Positions 55,025-63,873 of a stretch of DNA of 64,000 nucleotides are shown piece by piece. Source of the stretch: Terriglobia bacterium (GTDB lineage Bacteria > Acidobacteriota > Terriglobia > UBA7540); assembly GCA_050013575.1 (NCBI GenBank), contig JBEKEZ010000002.1:192736-256735 (forward strand), written 5' to 3'. The notes beneath the pieces were generated by a model that searched no databases, was not told the origin of the DNA, and worked only from the letters and a program-made list of their open reading frames with translations. The position numbers and the translations under genes were made by a program. The stretch's first letter is position 1. Each line of letters starts with the position of its first letter.

Positions 55025-57916
55025 TGATGTGGCAAAGTTTCGCGCCGTAACCGCGCCCGTGCCGCTAGGCGTGAGTGTGACGTTCTGGTTCGTTCCGCCC
55101 GCGGTGAGCGAGATGGCGCCGGTCGACGTCACGCCCCCATTGATCACGGGCGAGGTCAGCGTCTTGTTAGTCAACGTGTCGACAGAAGCCCTGTAGACGA
55201 AGGTGTCGGTCACGTCTTGCAGGGTCTGGGTGCGCGCGCCTGTTGCCGTGCCGGTGACTTTGATGTTGTTGGTAGCCGCACTGCCCAGCCACAGGTTGCC
55301 GAACGGGAGCGAGGCCGACCCAAGGTCCCCGACGCCGGCGGAGGAGGGTGTGATCGTCTGCGGTACGCTGAGCGCGCTCGCTCCGAAGATATAAGATTTG
55401 GTGCCGTTCGAGGCTGTCAAGACAAACTGTGAAGACGAAGGATTGAGGTAGAGAGAGTCCGACCCCGCAGCGTCAGAGTTTATCATGTCGTAGACGGGCT
55501 GATTGGCGGAACAGTTCGTGCCCGTGTTGACGGGGGTCCCGTTATTCACTTGCGCAGCCGGGCAGCCAATCCGGATGGCTGCGCCACCGTAAACGCTGGG
55601 GGCAGTCGGGAGCCACATTCCGTAGAAGAATAGCCCTTGAGCAGTGATCACGGCAGGCGGCGAGAAGGGAGCCCCATTGACATAGTCCGCATACTCTGAC
55701 GGGTCGTTCAAATTTTGGACGCCAATCGCATTTTCGCTCCTCTGCCATCCGTGCCCGGACAGTTGAATCAGCATCGTGCTGCTCGGCGCGTTCCCCACGT
55801 AGGGCAATAATTTGTGCACGCCGGAGAACACGTTCGCGCTGGAATCGAATTGCCAGTAGTGTTGATTTTCGACCATCTCGCCGCTTGCCCAGTTGACGTT
55901 GTTCGGGGCCAGCGTTGCCGTGTCCGAAAGCTTCCCGTTTTGCTGCCACGAAAGAACCTCGGCCCCCGGAAAAACGTAGTACTGGTTGGACTGCTGCCAG
56001 CCCGTGCAGGTGGGTGGCGAGCAGCTTCCGCTGATCCCATGGCCGGAGTAACCGATTCCGTTGTTGCCAACCGCCCATGGAATCAGGTGGGAGCTGTCAG
56101 TGACGGCAAGTATCGGGAACGCCTGACGAACACAGTTCACCGCGGGCGAGACTCCGCACGTCGAACTATATCCAGCCTCGCCGTAACGGTCCGAGACCAA
56201 CTCGACATAGTAACCCGCGCAGGCTCCAGCGTTGCCCGATGCGCACGCGCCACCGTTGGCAATGCTCACTACCGCTCCCGGAGGGTGCGGCTTATTGAAA
56301 GTCGCAGTGAAGGCGGTTTGAGGGTTTCCGGAGAAGGCAGTGGCTTTCACAATTTCGTAACTTCCGTCATCGCCGATGACGATGGGCGTGTTAGTGGTGA
56401 CACCGCTCAAGTTCGTCCCCATGGTGTAACTGGCCGGCGTCACTGTGCAGGTGGCAGGCAGGGTGGTAGTAGGGTTGCAGTTCGGACCCGGGATCGCAGC
56501 GTCGGTCAGGGCCAGCACGGTGTTCGCAGTCCACGACGTGCCGTTGCCAACATACTGCGGCCAGGTCCATGCGCCGAGGTTATACGTCCCAAGGGAAGAG
56601 AGCGTGCCATTGCTGCCTTTGGAAATATCGAGCAACGGGCGCCCGGCGCCCTGCTCGGTCTCGGACTGGAGATTGCTCACGGTGATCTGCGTGGCCCCTT
56701 GAGATAATGCAGGGCAGGAGGGCGGACCACAGATCGTGCCGGAGTATACGTCACTCACCTGATAAGCGGTGAAGCCGGCCGACTCCAACCCCTCGTCACC
56801 CATCGTGCTCGCGCCTCCGTAGTTCATGCTCAACACTTCGAGGCCGATGGTGTCGCCCGTCGCCCCGCTGAGCGTCTGGATGCTCAGAGGAATGTGTTCA
56901 GCAGGCGTGTAGTACTGTCCGGCGATGTTAACGGCCTTGAAGACGCTTTTGTCGGCGTAATAGGGCCAGTTGTAGAGATTCCTTCCGCCATCAAAGACCT
57001 TCTGGGAAAACTCGTTTTCCACTACATTCATGAACTGAGTATAGCCGCTGCTTCGGTAGCGATTCCCCACCCACTGATTGCCGACGATGAGATTCGGAAG
57101 GCCGCCGCTGTCAGTCGCGTTGCCCGGCGAATCGTAGTTGGTGACGTGAAGCCCGTCGCGGAAGTCCCAAACCTGGAGATTGGGACTATTCGAGCACCCA
57201 TTGGAGTTACCTGTCATCGAGGTGATGCCGCTGTAGATACTGCCCGCGCCGCAGATTGCCTCCGTGGAGCTGGACTTGCTCGCGGGATTCACGATGAGCG
57301 CGCCGTTCGTTCCGGCATTTGAGATGGCGCTGGCACAAGGCGTGGAACCGGAAAATTGGTCGCAGAATCGCGTGGCCTCGACGTGACCCGTGGAGTCGGT
57401 GCCCAGCGGCTGCGGCACAGACCAAGTTCGCACGTCGGTGATCGAGTTGATGGACGAGCTCCCCGTGCTGACTTCCGCCAGAGGGACTTGACCGGCGACG
57501 AAGCCGCTGGTGTTAGAGGCCGGCACACAGTTATTGGCTGGGTCCAGATACACGTAATTCGTCGCGCTCGCGGTCATGGGCAGGGTGCCGCCGGGATAGC
57601 TGACTGGGGCCTGCGGATTGCCGCAAAAAGCCGTTCCCGCGGCAATGTTCACGTTGGGCCAAGTCCCCGCCGTCACCCAATAGCCAGGACCCACGCCCTG
57701 GACGTACTTCGCATTGACGGCGTAAACGGGCTGGCCGCCTTCCGCCTGCGGCTGCTGCCCCAAAACTAGTGACGAGTGACGAGTGAAGAGTGACGAGCAA
57801 GTTAGAACGACCACGATCAGAGCAACTCGCAGCGCATCGTGCCCGTTCCGACCCCTGACTCCTGACTCCTGACTCCTAACTTCTAGCTTTTGACTTTTAG
57901 ATGCTGCTTTCAACAT
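54731..57916 (-). CDS. large tail-fibre-like secreted protein (1061 aa) with conserved leader and C-terminal module
   Basis: GAGGTG SD 5 nt before the ATG. Leader: MLKAASKSQKLEVRSQESGVRGRNGHDALRVALIVVVLTCSSLFTRHSSLVLGQQPQ. Fibre-type motifs: DLGSASLPFGNLWLG and DTLTNKTLTSPVING. The Gly/Thr/Ser/Asn/Cys-rich body and the C-terminal 97 aa are shared with the 5442-7085 protein. Confidence 0.75.
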   Translation of the reverse strand: MLKAASKSQKLEVRSQESGVRGRNGHDALRVALIVVVLTCSSLFTRHSSLVLGQQPQAEGGQPVYAVNAKYVQGVGPGYWVTAGTWPNVNIAAGTAFCGNPQAPVSYPGGTLPMTASATNYVYLDPANNCVPASNTSGFVAGQVPLAEVSTGSSSINSITDVRTWSVPQPLGTDSTGHVEATRFCDQFSGSTPCASAISNAGTNGALIVNPASKSSSTEAICGAGSIYSGITSMTGNSNGCSNSPNLQVWDFRDGLHVTNYDSPGNATDSGGLPNLIVGNQWVGNRYRSSGYTQFMNVVENEFSQKVFDGGRNLYNWPYYADKSVFKAVNIAGQYYTPAEHIPLSIQTLSGATGDTIGLEVLSMNYGGASTMGDEGLESAGFTAYQVSDVYSGTICGPPSCPALSQGATQITVSNLQSETEQGAGRPLLDISKGSNGTLSSLGTYNLGAWTWPQYVGNGTSWTANTVLALTDAAIPGPNCNPTTTLPATCTVTPASYTMGTNLSGVTTNTPIVIGDDGSYEIVKATAFSGNPQTAFTATFNKPHPPGAVVSIANGGACASGNAGACAGYYVELVSDRYGEAGYSSTCGVSPAVNCVRQAFPILAVTDSSHLIPWAVGNNGIGYSGHGISGSCSPPTCTGWQQSNQYYVFPGAEVLSWQQNGKLSDTATLAPNNVNWASGEMVENQHYWQFDSSANVFSGVHKLLPYVGNAPSSTMLIQLSGHGWQRSENAIGVQNLNDPSEYADYVNGAPFSPPAVITAQGLFFYGMWLPTAPSVYGGAAIRIGCPAAQVNNGTPVNTGTNCSANQPVYDMINSDAAGSDSLYLNPSSSQFVLTASNGTKSYIFGASALSVPQTITPSSAGVGDLGSASLPFGNLWLGSAATNNIKVTGTATGARTQTLQDVTDTFVYRASVDTLTNKTLTSPVINGGVTSTGAISLTAGGTNQNVTLTPSGTGAVTARNFATSLNVVTFSGTPTFDASLGNTQKITLTGNVTSSTLANASAGEQLNFIICQDSTGSRTFVWPSNVKGAMTIGSTASKCSAQSFVFDGSNAEATSPGVTNM
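57778..57902. repeat. two heptad-phased arrays inside the leader coding region (H8)
   Basis: agtgacg agtgacg agtgaag agtgacg agcaagt (57778-57812) and cctgact cctgact cctgact cctaact tctagct tttgact tttagat (57854-57902). About 5 of 7 positions per unit are complementary between the arrays. Confidence 0.6.
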
Positions 57917-57999
57917 ACGATCACCTCATGGACCTGGCTTCAAAATCACCAGCAAGGGCAGGCCTTAATTCAAAGTCGTGCGCTAATGGCGCCGCACGC

Positions 58000-58662
58000 T
58001 TACCAAATCTGAATGCTCGCCGTGACCCCCGCATCCGAGGCGGTGAGATACAGGTTGGTAGCGTCGAACAGAGTTGTTGGTTGAAACCACAGCGCTCCGC
58101 CGGAGGTCATGTAAATGATTGCGCCCAGCGGTGCCCGCCCAAGATTGTGGTTAGTTGAAAAATTGCCCGCTGCCGCGGCACTCACGGCCAGCCGACCGTA
58201 AACCTTGGTGGCGTTTGTCACCGCGAGGACGTGGGTCGCGTCGGTGGTCACGCTGCCGAGATATGCGTCGCCCGGCGTTGCCGGCGACCCCGTCAGATTG
58301 AAATAGAACCCGGTGATCGAACTCCACCACAGGAAACTCGTGGAGCTGGCCGGCGCCGCTGAGGGGGTCGGGGACGAAGGAGCCCAGCGCATTCCTTGCG
58401 CGTAGAGCACTCCCGGTGAAAGACCCGGCGTCAAATTCGCCGAAGTTGCAAGCGTGAAGCCGGCGATCACACCAGATAGGCCAATGTCGCCAAGCCACGC
58501 GGCGACAGTCCCAGCGGCCAGGACCGCATTCCGGACGTCGTTGGCGTCCTGCAAAAGCGAGTCAATGGTCTGCCAGTTGGTGTCCAGGTCAGTTTCGTAG
58601 TTGTTTCCGTGCTGCGGCTCGATAATTCCTTTTCGCGGCAAAACTGTTCTTACGATCGCCAT
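58000..58662 (-). CDS. short tail-fibre-like protein (220 aa)
   Basis: Start set at MAIVRTVLPRKGIIEPQHGNNYETDLDTNWQTIDSLL. This has the LP-x-P...W...N...ID pattern common at the N-termini of phage fibre and minor tail proteins. The C-half is Ala/Gly/Thr/Ser-rich and beta-like. The ORF track extends to 58815. Confidence 0.6.
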   Translation of the reverse strand: MAIVRTVLPRKGIIEPQHGNNYETDLDTNWQTIDSLLQDANDVRNAVLAAGTVAAWLGDIGLSGVIAGFTLATSANLTPGLSPGVLYAQGMRWAPSSPTPSAAPASSTSFLWWSSITGFYFNLTGSPATPGDAYLGSVTTDATHVLAVTNATKVYGRLAVSAAAAGNFSTNHNLGRAPLGAIIYMTSGGALWFQPTTLFDATNLYLTASDAGVTASIQIW

Positions 58663-58672
58663 GTTCGAAATC

Positions 58673-58707
58673 CAGGAATCGGGGATAGGGGATTCGAGAT
58701 TAGCCAA
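58673..58707. repeat. heptad-phased array (H9)
   Basis: caggaat cggggat aggggat tcgagat tagccaa, immediately upstream of the 220-aa gene start. Confidence 0.5.
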
Positions 58708-58760
58708 AGCAAAAGGCGCTTCGGCAAACCCCGTTCCCCAGCTCCTAAGCCCTGACCTCC

Positions 58761-59264
58761 TTAATCTGATGAGACTCCGAGCGGCAGATTCACGCTCGAT
58801 CTTGTGGCCAAGCAATACACTTTCACCGTGCCGTCATTAGTCGGGGTTTCTGCGCCGCCCCCCACGTAGTAACTGACCACCGTGGTCACTATGCCGTTGG
58901 CGTCGTTGATGTCCACGATCCATCTGTAAATTTGTCCCGCGCCGCCGTTTGAATTCGAGAGCGACGGGAAAGCAGTTTGTCCCGGCGTGAATCCCGGCCC
59001 CGGCGGGCGGCTCGCTGCAAAAATAGGGATGAACAGGCACTCAGGATAAGAATACTGGTAACCATCGACCGGGCTGGCCGGCACGGGCACGGTGTTCCCA
59101 TTTGCGTAGAAGCCCATATAAATCAACTCGGGGCGCACCGCGGCAAACTTGGCGTTCTGCGAGATCTTGATCATGGAATAGTCGGTGAGCGGCTGGTTTG
59201 CCGAAATCGAGGCGTCGGGCAAATCGATGAAACCGGGTATGGCGCTGAGCAATAGCTGGGACAT
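58761..59264 (-). CDS. hypothetical protein (167 aa)
   Basis: ATG preceded by a GAGGAG SD. No signal peptide and no family recognised. It is co-oriented between the giant protein gene and the fibre-like genes. Confidence 0.6.
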   Translation of the reverse strand: MSQLLLSAIPGFIDLPDASISANQPLTDYSMIKISQNAKFAAVRPELIYMGFYANGNTVPVPASPVDGYQYSYPECLFIPIFAASRPPGPGFTPGQTAFPSLSNSNGGAGQIYRWIVDINDANGIVTTVVSYYVGGGAETPTNDGTVKVYCLATRSSVNLPLGVSSD

Positions 59265-59345
59265 GGTTAATCTCCTCTATAATTGCCGAAGGCGGATGGA
59301 CGAATGAAAGCGCTTTGTTCCAATCATCAATCGTCGTGCAAAAAT

Positions 59346-62300
59346 CTAAAAAATGGTGTTTCCCGGCGTGCCATCGCTATACGTCCCGCCCGTCGCGCTT
59401 GCCGAGATCACCATGTACTCCGCCTTCTGCGCTGGCGTCAGGTCGGCCCAAACCGGCAAACCAAGCGACGCCGGCGCGATCTGATAGGGCGTCGAAAGAC
59501 CCATAAACCGGGCATCGAGCAGCTCAAACTGCATTTGGCCTTTGGCGTAGCTGGGTTGACGGCTCATCACCTTGCAAAGAACGTTGGAAATCCCCACTCC
59601 GCCATTGCCCTGGGGATTCAGGTCCGTCACTTTGCGATGTGAAAGAGTAACGTAATCCCCCACTTCCACCCCGACCGCGCTCAAGAAGGAAGTCACCTTA
59701 TACCGTGGCGTATCAAAGGCGTAACTGCGGAACAGCCAGTCCGCCAGCAGATACGACCACAAATAGCCGCCGTAATTCACTCGCAACCCGGTGGACTCCA
59801 CCTGTTGGTTGTAAACGTACTTGTGCAGATTGATGGAATCGTTTTCCTGAAAAAACCACTGGTTCTGGAACCCGCGGGCCGCCGACATGGGCCCGCCATC
59901 GTCGGGTTCAAGGCGCGTAGTCAGCATGTTGACCACCGGGTCGCGGGTGACCTCGGGAATGCCGATCACGTTGGAGTCCGTAAAGGAATAGACTGGCGTC
60001 AGGCCGGCGGGATTCTTGACGGGCACCAGTGAAATTGCGCCGGACGCGCGGATGACCACGACCAGTCCGAGCGGCTTGAGGATGTAATCCTCGATCCAGC
60101 TTTTTGCCTGCATGCCTGTCGTGATGGTGAACTCGAAGTGCGCGCCGCCGTATATGCCATCGCGTAGCGCCAGAATGCCTGGGATATCGATAAATGGGTT
60201 GGGATTTATCAGTGTTTCCGGGTGGCCGGGAACGTACTTCACCCAGTAAGGATTGGCCATCACTTGGCTGGTCGTACCGACGCCAGTCAGGATCGGGGTC
60301 AAGGCGGGGTCCTGGCCCACGCCGAGCTCATTCTGAAGCGCGGCCAGTAACAAGTCGAGTGGATGGCCGGAAAGTTGGCGCGGGTTCTTGTCAGAAGTGG
60401 GAAAGGCGTTCGCGAGCCACGAATCGCCAATGGGAAACGGCGGAGCGGGCTGGCCGGGCAGCCACTCGCTCGGGCCGCCATTGGGCCAAATCATCGCACC
60501 CGCGATATACCGCTGCAAATCCGAGCACGTAATTTGCACTTTGCCGTCGGATGAAAATCCCACACCCTTGATGGTGACGGTGTGCAGCGGCATGAAGTCA
60601 TTGAGCGCCAGGCCGGAGAAGCCCATCGAAAACACCGCGATCTGGCCAATCAGCGCTTGCTGCGCCGCCAGCGAGCGCAGCGAGCCGCCCGGGTCGTTGC
60701 ACTCGATCGTAAACTCGCCCACGTCGCTCGATCCTTCCGAGTCTCGAATCGCCTGGCTCGGCCCGTCCGGCAAGACCATATTGGGCAGCAACTGTGATTG
60801 CGTCGAACTCGAGAGTACGAGCGTGGGGTTAGTGGCCGTAATCCACATCCAGGCGGTCGGCGCGAGCATCGGCCAGACCTCGAACTCCCACGGCAGCCCG
60901 CGCGCCGCGAGCGAATAACCCACCAGCGACCCGTTCCCCGTGGCTTGCAGGATGTTGCATTGGCCAGTGACGAGGGCGGAGAGCACGGCGTCCGTCGTCG
61001 TGCCGAGGCCGGCGAAATAATCGGCTAGGCCAGGCGTCGAATAGAGCCGGAGAAGCGCCGCGATCATCCCCCAGGTTCCTTCTTGCCAGACGGACGCCGG
61101 AGATCCCGAATAGCCGCCGGAAGAATCGTTGTAAGGCTTCATCCCGCTGAAAGGGGTGGCGAGAGCATAGGCTTCGTTCCAGGTGCTGGCGCCGTTCGAC
61201 TTGACGATGGTTTCGTTGTTGAGCAGGAAATTCGCGTAGGCGAACTCGAGGCACTGGAGCGCAATGTCGTCGCGGGCGTTGGCGTCGGCGAGCATCGCGG
61301 TCCATGCTCCACTGGCATCGAGCGCCTGGCTCGTGTCGAGCCCGCTGGCGCTCGCTCCCTGCGCGAAATGGCCGGGCACGTTGCCGGCTGGCGCGATATA
61401 GAGACCGGCGAGAAGGTTCGTCCATATCGTCGCAGCGGCGGTGCTCAGCATCGTAGCCAGTGCTGTCAATGAAGAGGCTTGCGCAGAAGTAAGTTGACCC
61501 GTTTTAATGAGATTCAAGGAGGCCGTGGGCAGCAGCGCCGCGGCGCGCGTAAAGGCAAACCACAAGTCCACCTGATGCTCGGTTGAAACGGCCAACTGTT
61601 CGCCCGGAACGAATTGGTAGCCTGGGTCCTGATATTGCCCGTAGCCCATGTAGAACAGTCCGTTGGTCAGGTCACTCGCGCTGCTTTGCAAAGTCAGCAG
61701 GAAATTCAGCATCCGTTGCAGATAGAGGACATGGGAAAAGTCCGTTGACATCTGCATGTAAAGCGCGTAGGCGTAACACACCCAGGCCATCGCTCCGGTG
61801 CGGATGTAGGCTTGGTCGATCTGGCCATTGTAAACGTCATAAGAAAAGCTCAGCGAGTCCGCCGGCTGGATGTTGCCGATGCTTAGGTTGTCAAATTTAA
61901 GATCTCCCGCCGCGTCCAGCGTGATCCTGAACCCGGTAATGGAGCTGAGGGTGTCCGAAGCGAGCGAAGAAATCAGAGAGGCCAGGTTGACAAGTTGGGT
62001 GCGGTACGTGCCTGCGCCCGGACCGATCGCCAGGGTGATGGTTTTGGTTCCGGCGTTGAATAAGGCCGGGGCCTCCGCGCCGGAAGTCACCAGCACATCC
62101 GTCACCGCGCCGTTCGCCGTTGTCACCGAAATGTCAAAACTGAAACCGACGCCGGCAGCCTCGCTGTGTTGCCACTCGATTTGACTCTCCGTCGATGCGG
62201 GAAGGCCGCTGCCCGTATAAGTGAAATAGTCCCCCGCGTTCGCGGCGTGGAAATCGACCACCAGGCCGGCGCCGTAGGGCGGCTCAGTCGGATCGTTCAC

Positions 62301-63803
62301 GTCAGTGATCGAGTCTGAGGCGTTTGATTTGTTCCAGCGCGAGGCCGAATTGCCATCTTCCCCGTTTTCCAGGACGGCATTCGCGAGGTAGCCGGGATGA
62401 TCGAGCAGGTCATTCAACTGCTGGATGACCTTTTGTGCCGAGGCAAAATTTCCCGAAGCGCTGTAGGCAATAATGGCTAGGGCGTCGTCGTAGATGAAAC
62501 TGCGATTCTGCAGCGCGGCGGCGTTTGACAGTGTGGGGTTGGGATCGTAAAGCGGATCGGAAGTGGGAACATCGAACGAGCGCGCCAAGCCCTGGTAGGC
62601 GGCCAGGCTCTGCATGGATGAATAGACCGTAATCCAGCCGGCCACGGGGTCGTTATAGAGCACGTGGACCGTGGGCGCGCCCTCGCCGGGCCAGACGCTC
62701 GAGCCGCAGCGCGCGTGGAAATCGTCAGCCTGCATGAGGATGGGGATATTGTCTTCCTGCAGGTATTCAATGTCGGTCTTCACAAAAACCTGCGCTTTGT
62801 AGTTCGAAAGCTGGCTGCCGATCCCCATGTTCGAGTGGGCCACCCACCCGGCCGGCACTTGCGCGCCGCTCCAGCCGCTGGCGGGCTGGGCAACGCTGGC
62901 GGGATAGAGCACAGCCAATAGCAGGCCCGGCGCCACGCTGGCCACGCTGAACGTTCCGGCGCTCTCGAACGCATCGCCACCGAGCGCGGTTGTATAGAGA
63001 GACGAGCTGCCTTGGTAGTAGAAGACGTCAGTGTGGACGAAGAGGTCGACGCGATAATACGAGAGAGGCCGAAGCAAATTGAAAACGTAACCCAGGGCCA
63101 GCCAGCCGACGTTTTGGTAGCCCAGCGCCACCAGCTTCCACACCTGCGCGTCGTCGCCCGTCAGGGCGCCCAGCGTCGCCGGCCAGTTGGGAGGGTTGCC
63201 GCCGCCGCAACCGGCAATCCCGCTGGCGCACGTCTGGCCGGTCACCAGCGCCATTTGCGTGTTGTTGTTTGAGTCCACGATCATCTGCCCGAAACTGTAA
63301 ACGGCGCCCGCCACCCACTTCGCGTAGACGCCGGGCGTTTGCGGCGGGCCGGGCGTCAAGTTGGCGCTGCCGTCGGAAAGCAGGTAATTGGTGGCGGCGA
63401 TCATGGCCGGGGTAATCTGGTAAGAGTTCACCAGAAGCGAGCCCCAGCCGAGCGGCTGCGGCGACTCGTTAATGGGGTAGCCGTCCGGGCCAAGCTGTGT
63501 GTCCGGATAGAGGCCGGCGGGAAGCTGAAGCACAATGTTTTCAATTTGGTTATAAAGGAAGGGCGTGCCCTGCGCTTCACTGACCATCTGCCCGGTAATG
63601 AAGTTGGTTTCAGACGAGAGCCCGCACTCGATGAATCCGCTGGATTGGCCCGGCGTCTGCGGAGAAGGCGTCGCGCCAGCCGTCAGGAGTGCGTTCGCCT
63701 GCCAGTTGCCGACCGGCCCCGTCTGCCGGGCCAGTAGCCACGCCACCGCCTTGTTCAAATCCGCGTAATATGAGCCAGGATAATAGCCTTTAACCGCGGC
63801 CAT
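59346..63803 (-). CDS. giant (about 1485 aa) multidomain protein: six-hairpin (alpha/alpha)6 glycosidase-like region plus phage tail-hub/host-specificity-like C-terminal region
   Basis: Start set at ATG 63803, with a GGAGG SD 5 nt upstream. Toroid-type helix pairs: YDDALAIIAYSASGNFASAQKVIQQL, LQRMLNFLLTLQ, AVSTEHQVDLWFAFTRAA, VWQEGTWGMIAALLRL, LAPTAWMWI. A beta-sandwich insert is present. The last ~500 aa are beta-rich (FTIECNDPGGSLRSLAAQQALIGQIAVFSMGFSG...). No signal peptide. Confidence 0.65.
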   Translation of the reverse strand: MAAVKGYYPGSYYADLNKAVAWLLARQTGPVGNWQANALLTAGATPSPQTPGQSSGFIECGLSSETNFITGQMVSEAQGTPFLYNQIENIVLQLPAGLYPDTQLGPDGYPINESPQPLGWGSLLVNSYQITPAMIAATNYLLSDGSANLTPGPPQTPGVYAKWVAGAVYSFGQMIVDSNNNTQMALVTGQTCASGIAGCGGGNPPNWPATLGALTGDDAQVWKLVALGYQNVGWLALGYVFNLLRPLSYYRVDLFVHTDVFYYQGSSSLYTTALGGDAFESAGTFSVASVAPGLLLAVLYPASVAQPASGWSGAQVPAGWVAHSNMGIGSQLSNYKAQVFVKTDIEYLQEDNIPILMQADDFHARCGSSVWPGEGAPTVHVLYNDPVAGWITVYSSMQSLAAYQGLARSFDVPTSDPLYDPNPTLSNAAALQNRSFIYDDALAIIAYSASGNFASAQKVIQQLNDLLDHPGYLANAVLENGEDGNSASRWNKSNASDSITDVNDPTEPPYGAGLVVDFHAANAGDYFTYTGSGLPASTESQIEWQHSEAAGVGFSFDISVTTANGAVTDVLVTSGAEAPALFNAGTKTITLAIGPGAGTYRTQLVNLASLISSLASDTLSSITGFRITLDAAGDLKFDNLSIGNIQPADSLSFSYDVYNGQIDQAYIRTGAMAWVCYAYALYMQMSTDFSHVLYLQRMLNFLLTLQSSASDLTNGLFYMGYGQYQDPGYQFVPGEQLAVSTEHQVDLWFAFTRAAALLPTASLNLIKTGQLTSAQASSLTALATMLSTAAATIWTNLLAGLYIAPAGNVPGHFAQGASASGLDTSQALDASGAWTAMLADANARDDIALQCLEFAYANFLLNNETIVKSNGASTWNEAYALATPFSGMKPYNDSSGGYSGSPASVWQEGTWGMIAALLRLYSTPGLADYFAGLGTTTDAVLSALVTGQCNILQATGNGSLVGYSLAARGLPWEFEVWPMLAPTAWMWITATNPTLVLSSSTQSQLLPNMVLPDGPSQAIRDSEGSSDVGEFTIECNDPGGSLRSLAAQQALIGQIAVFSMGFSGLALNDFMPLHTVTIKGVGFSSDGKVQITCSDLQRYIAGAMIWPNGGPSEWLPGQPAPPFPIGDSWLANAFPTSDKNPRQLSGHPLDLLLAALQNELGVGQDPALTPILTGVGTTSQVMANPYWVKYVPGHPETLINPNPFIDIPGILALRDGIYGGAHFEFTITTGMQAKSWIEDYILKPLGLVVVIRASGAISLVPVKNPAGLTPVYSFTDSNVIGIPEVTRDPVVNMLTTRLEPDDGGPMSAARGFQNQWFFQENDSINLHKYVYNQQVESTGLRVNYGGYLWSYLLADWLFRSYAFDTPRYKVTSFLSAVGVEVGDYVTLSHRKVTDLNPQGNGGVGISNVLCKVMSRQPSYAKGQMQFELLDARFMGLSTPYQIAPASLGLPVWADLTPAQKAEYMVISASATGGTYSDGTPGNTIF

Positions 63804-63873
63804 CGTGCCTCCGCCACCCCTGTCGCCGATGAACGACCGTGGAACTTTTTCCACCCATCAGCAAGCGTCCGGA

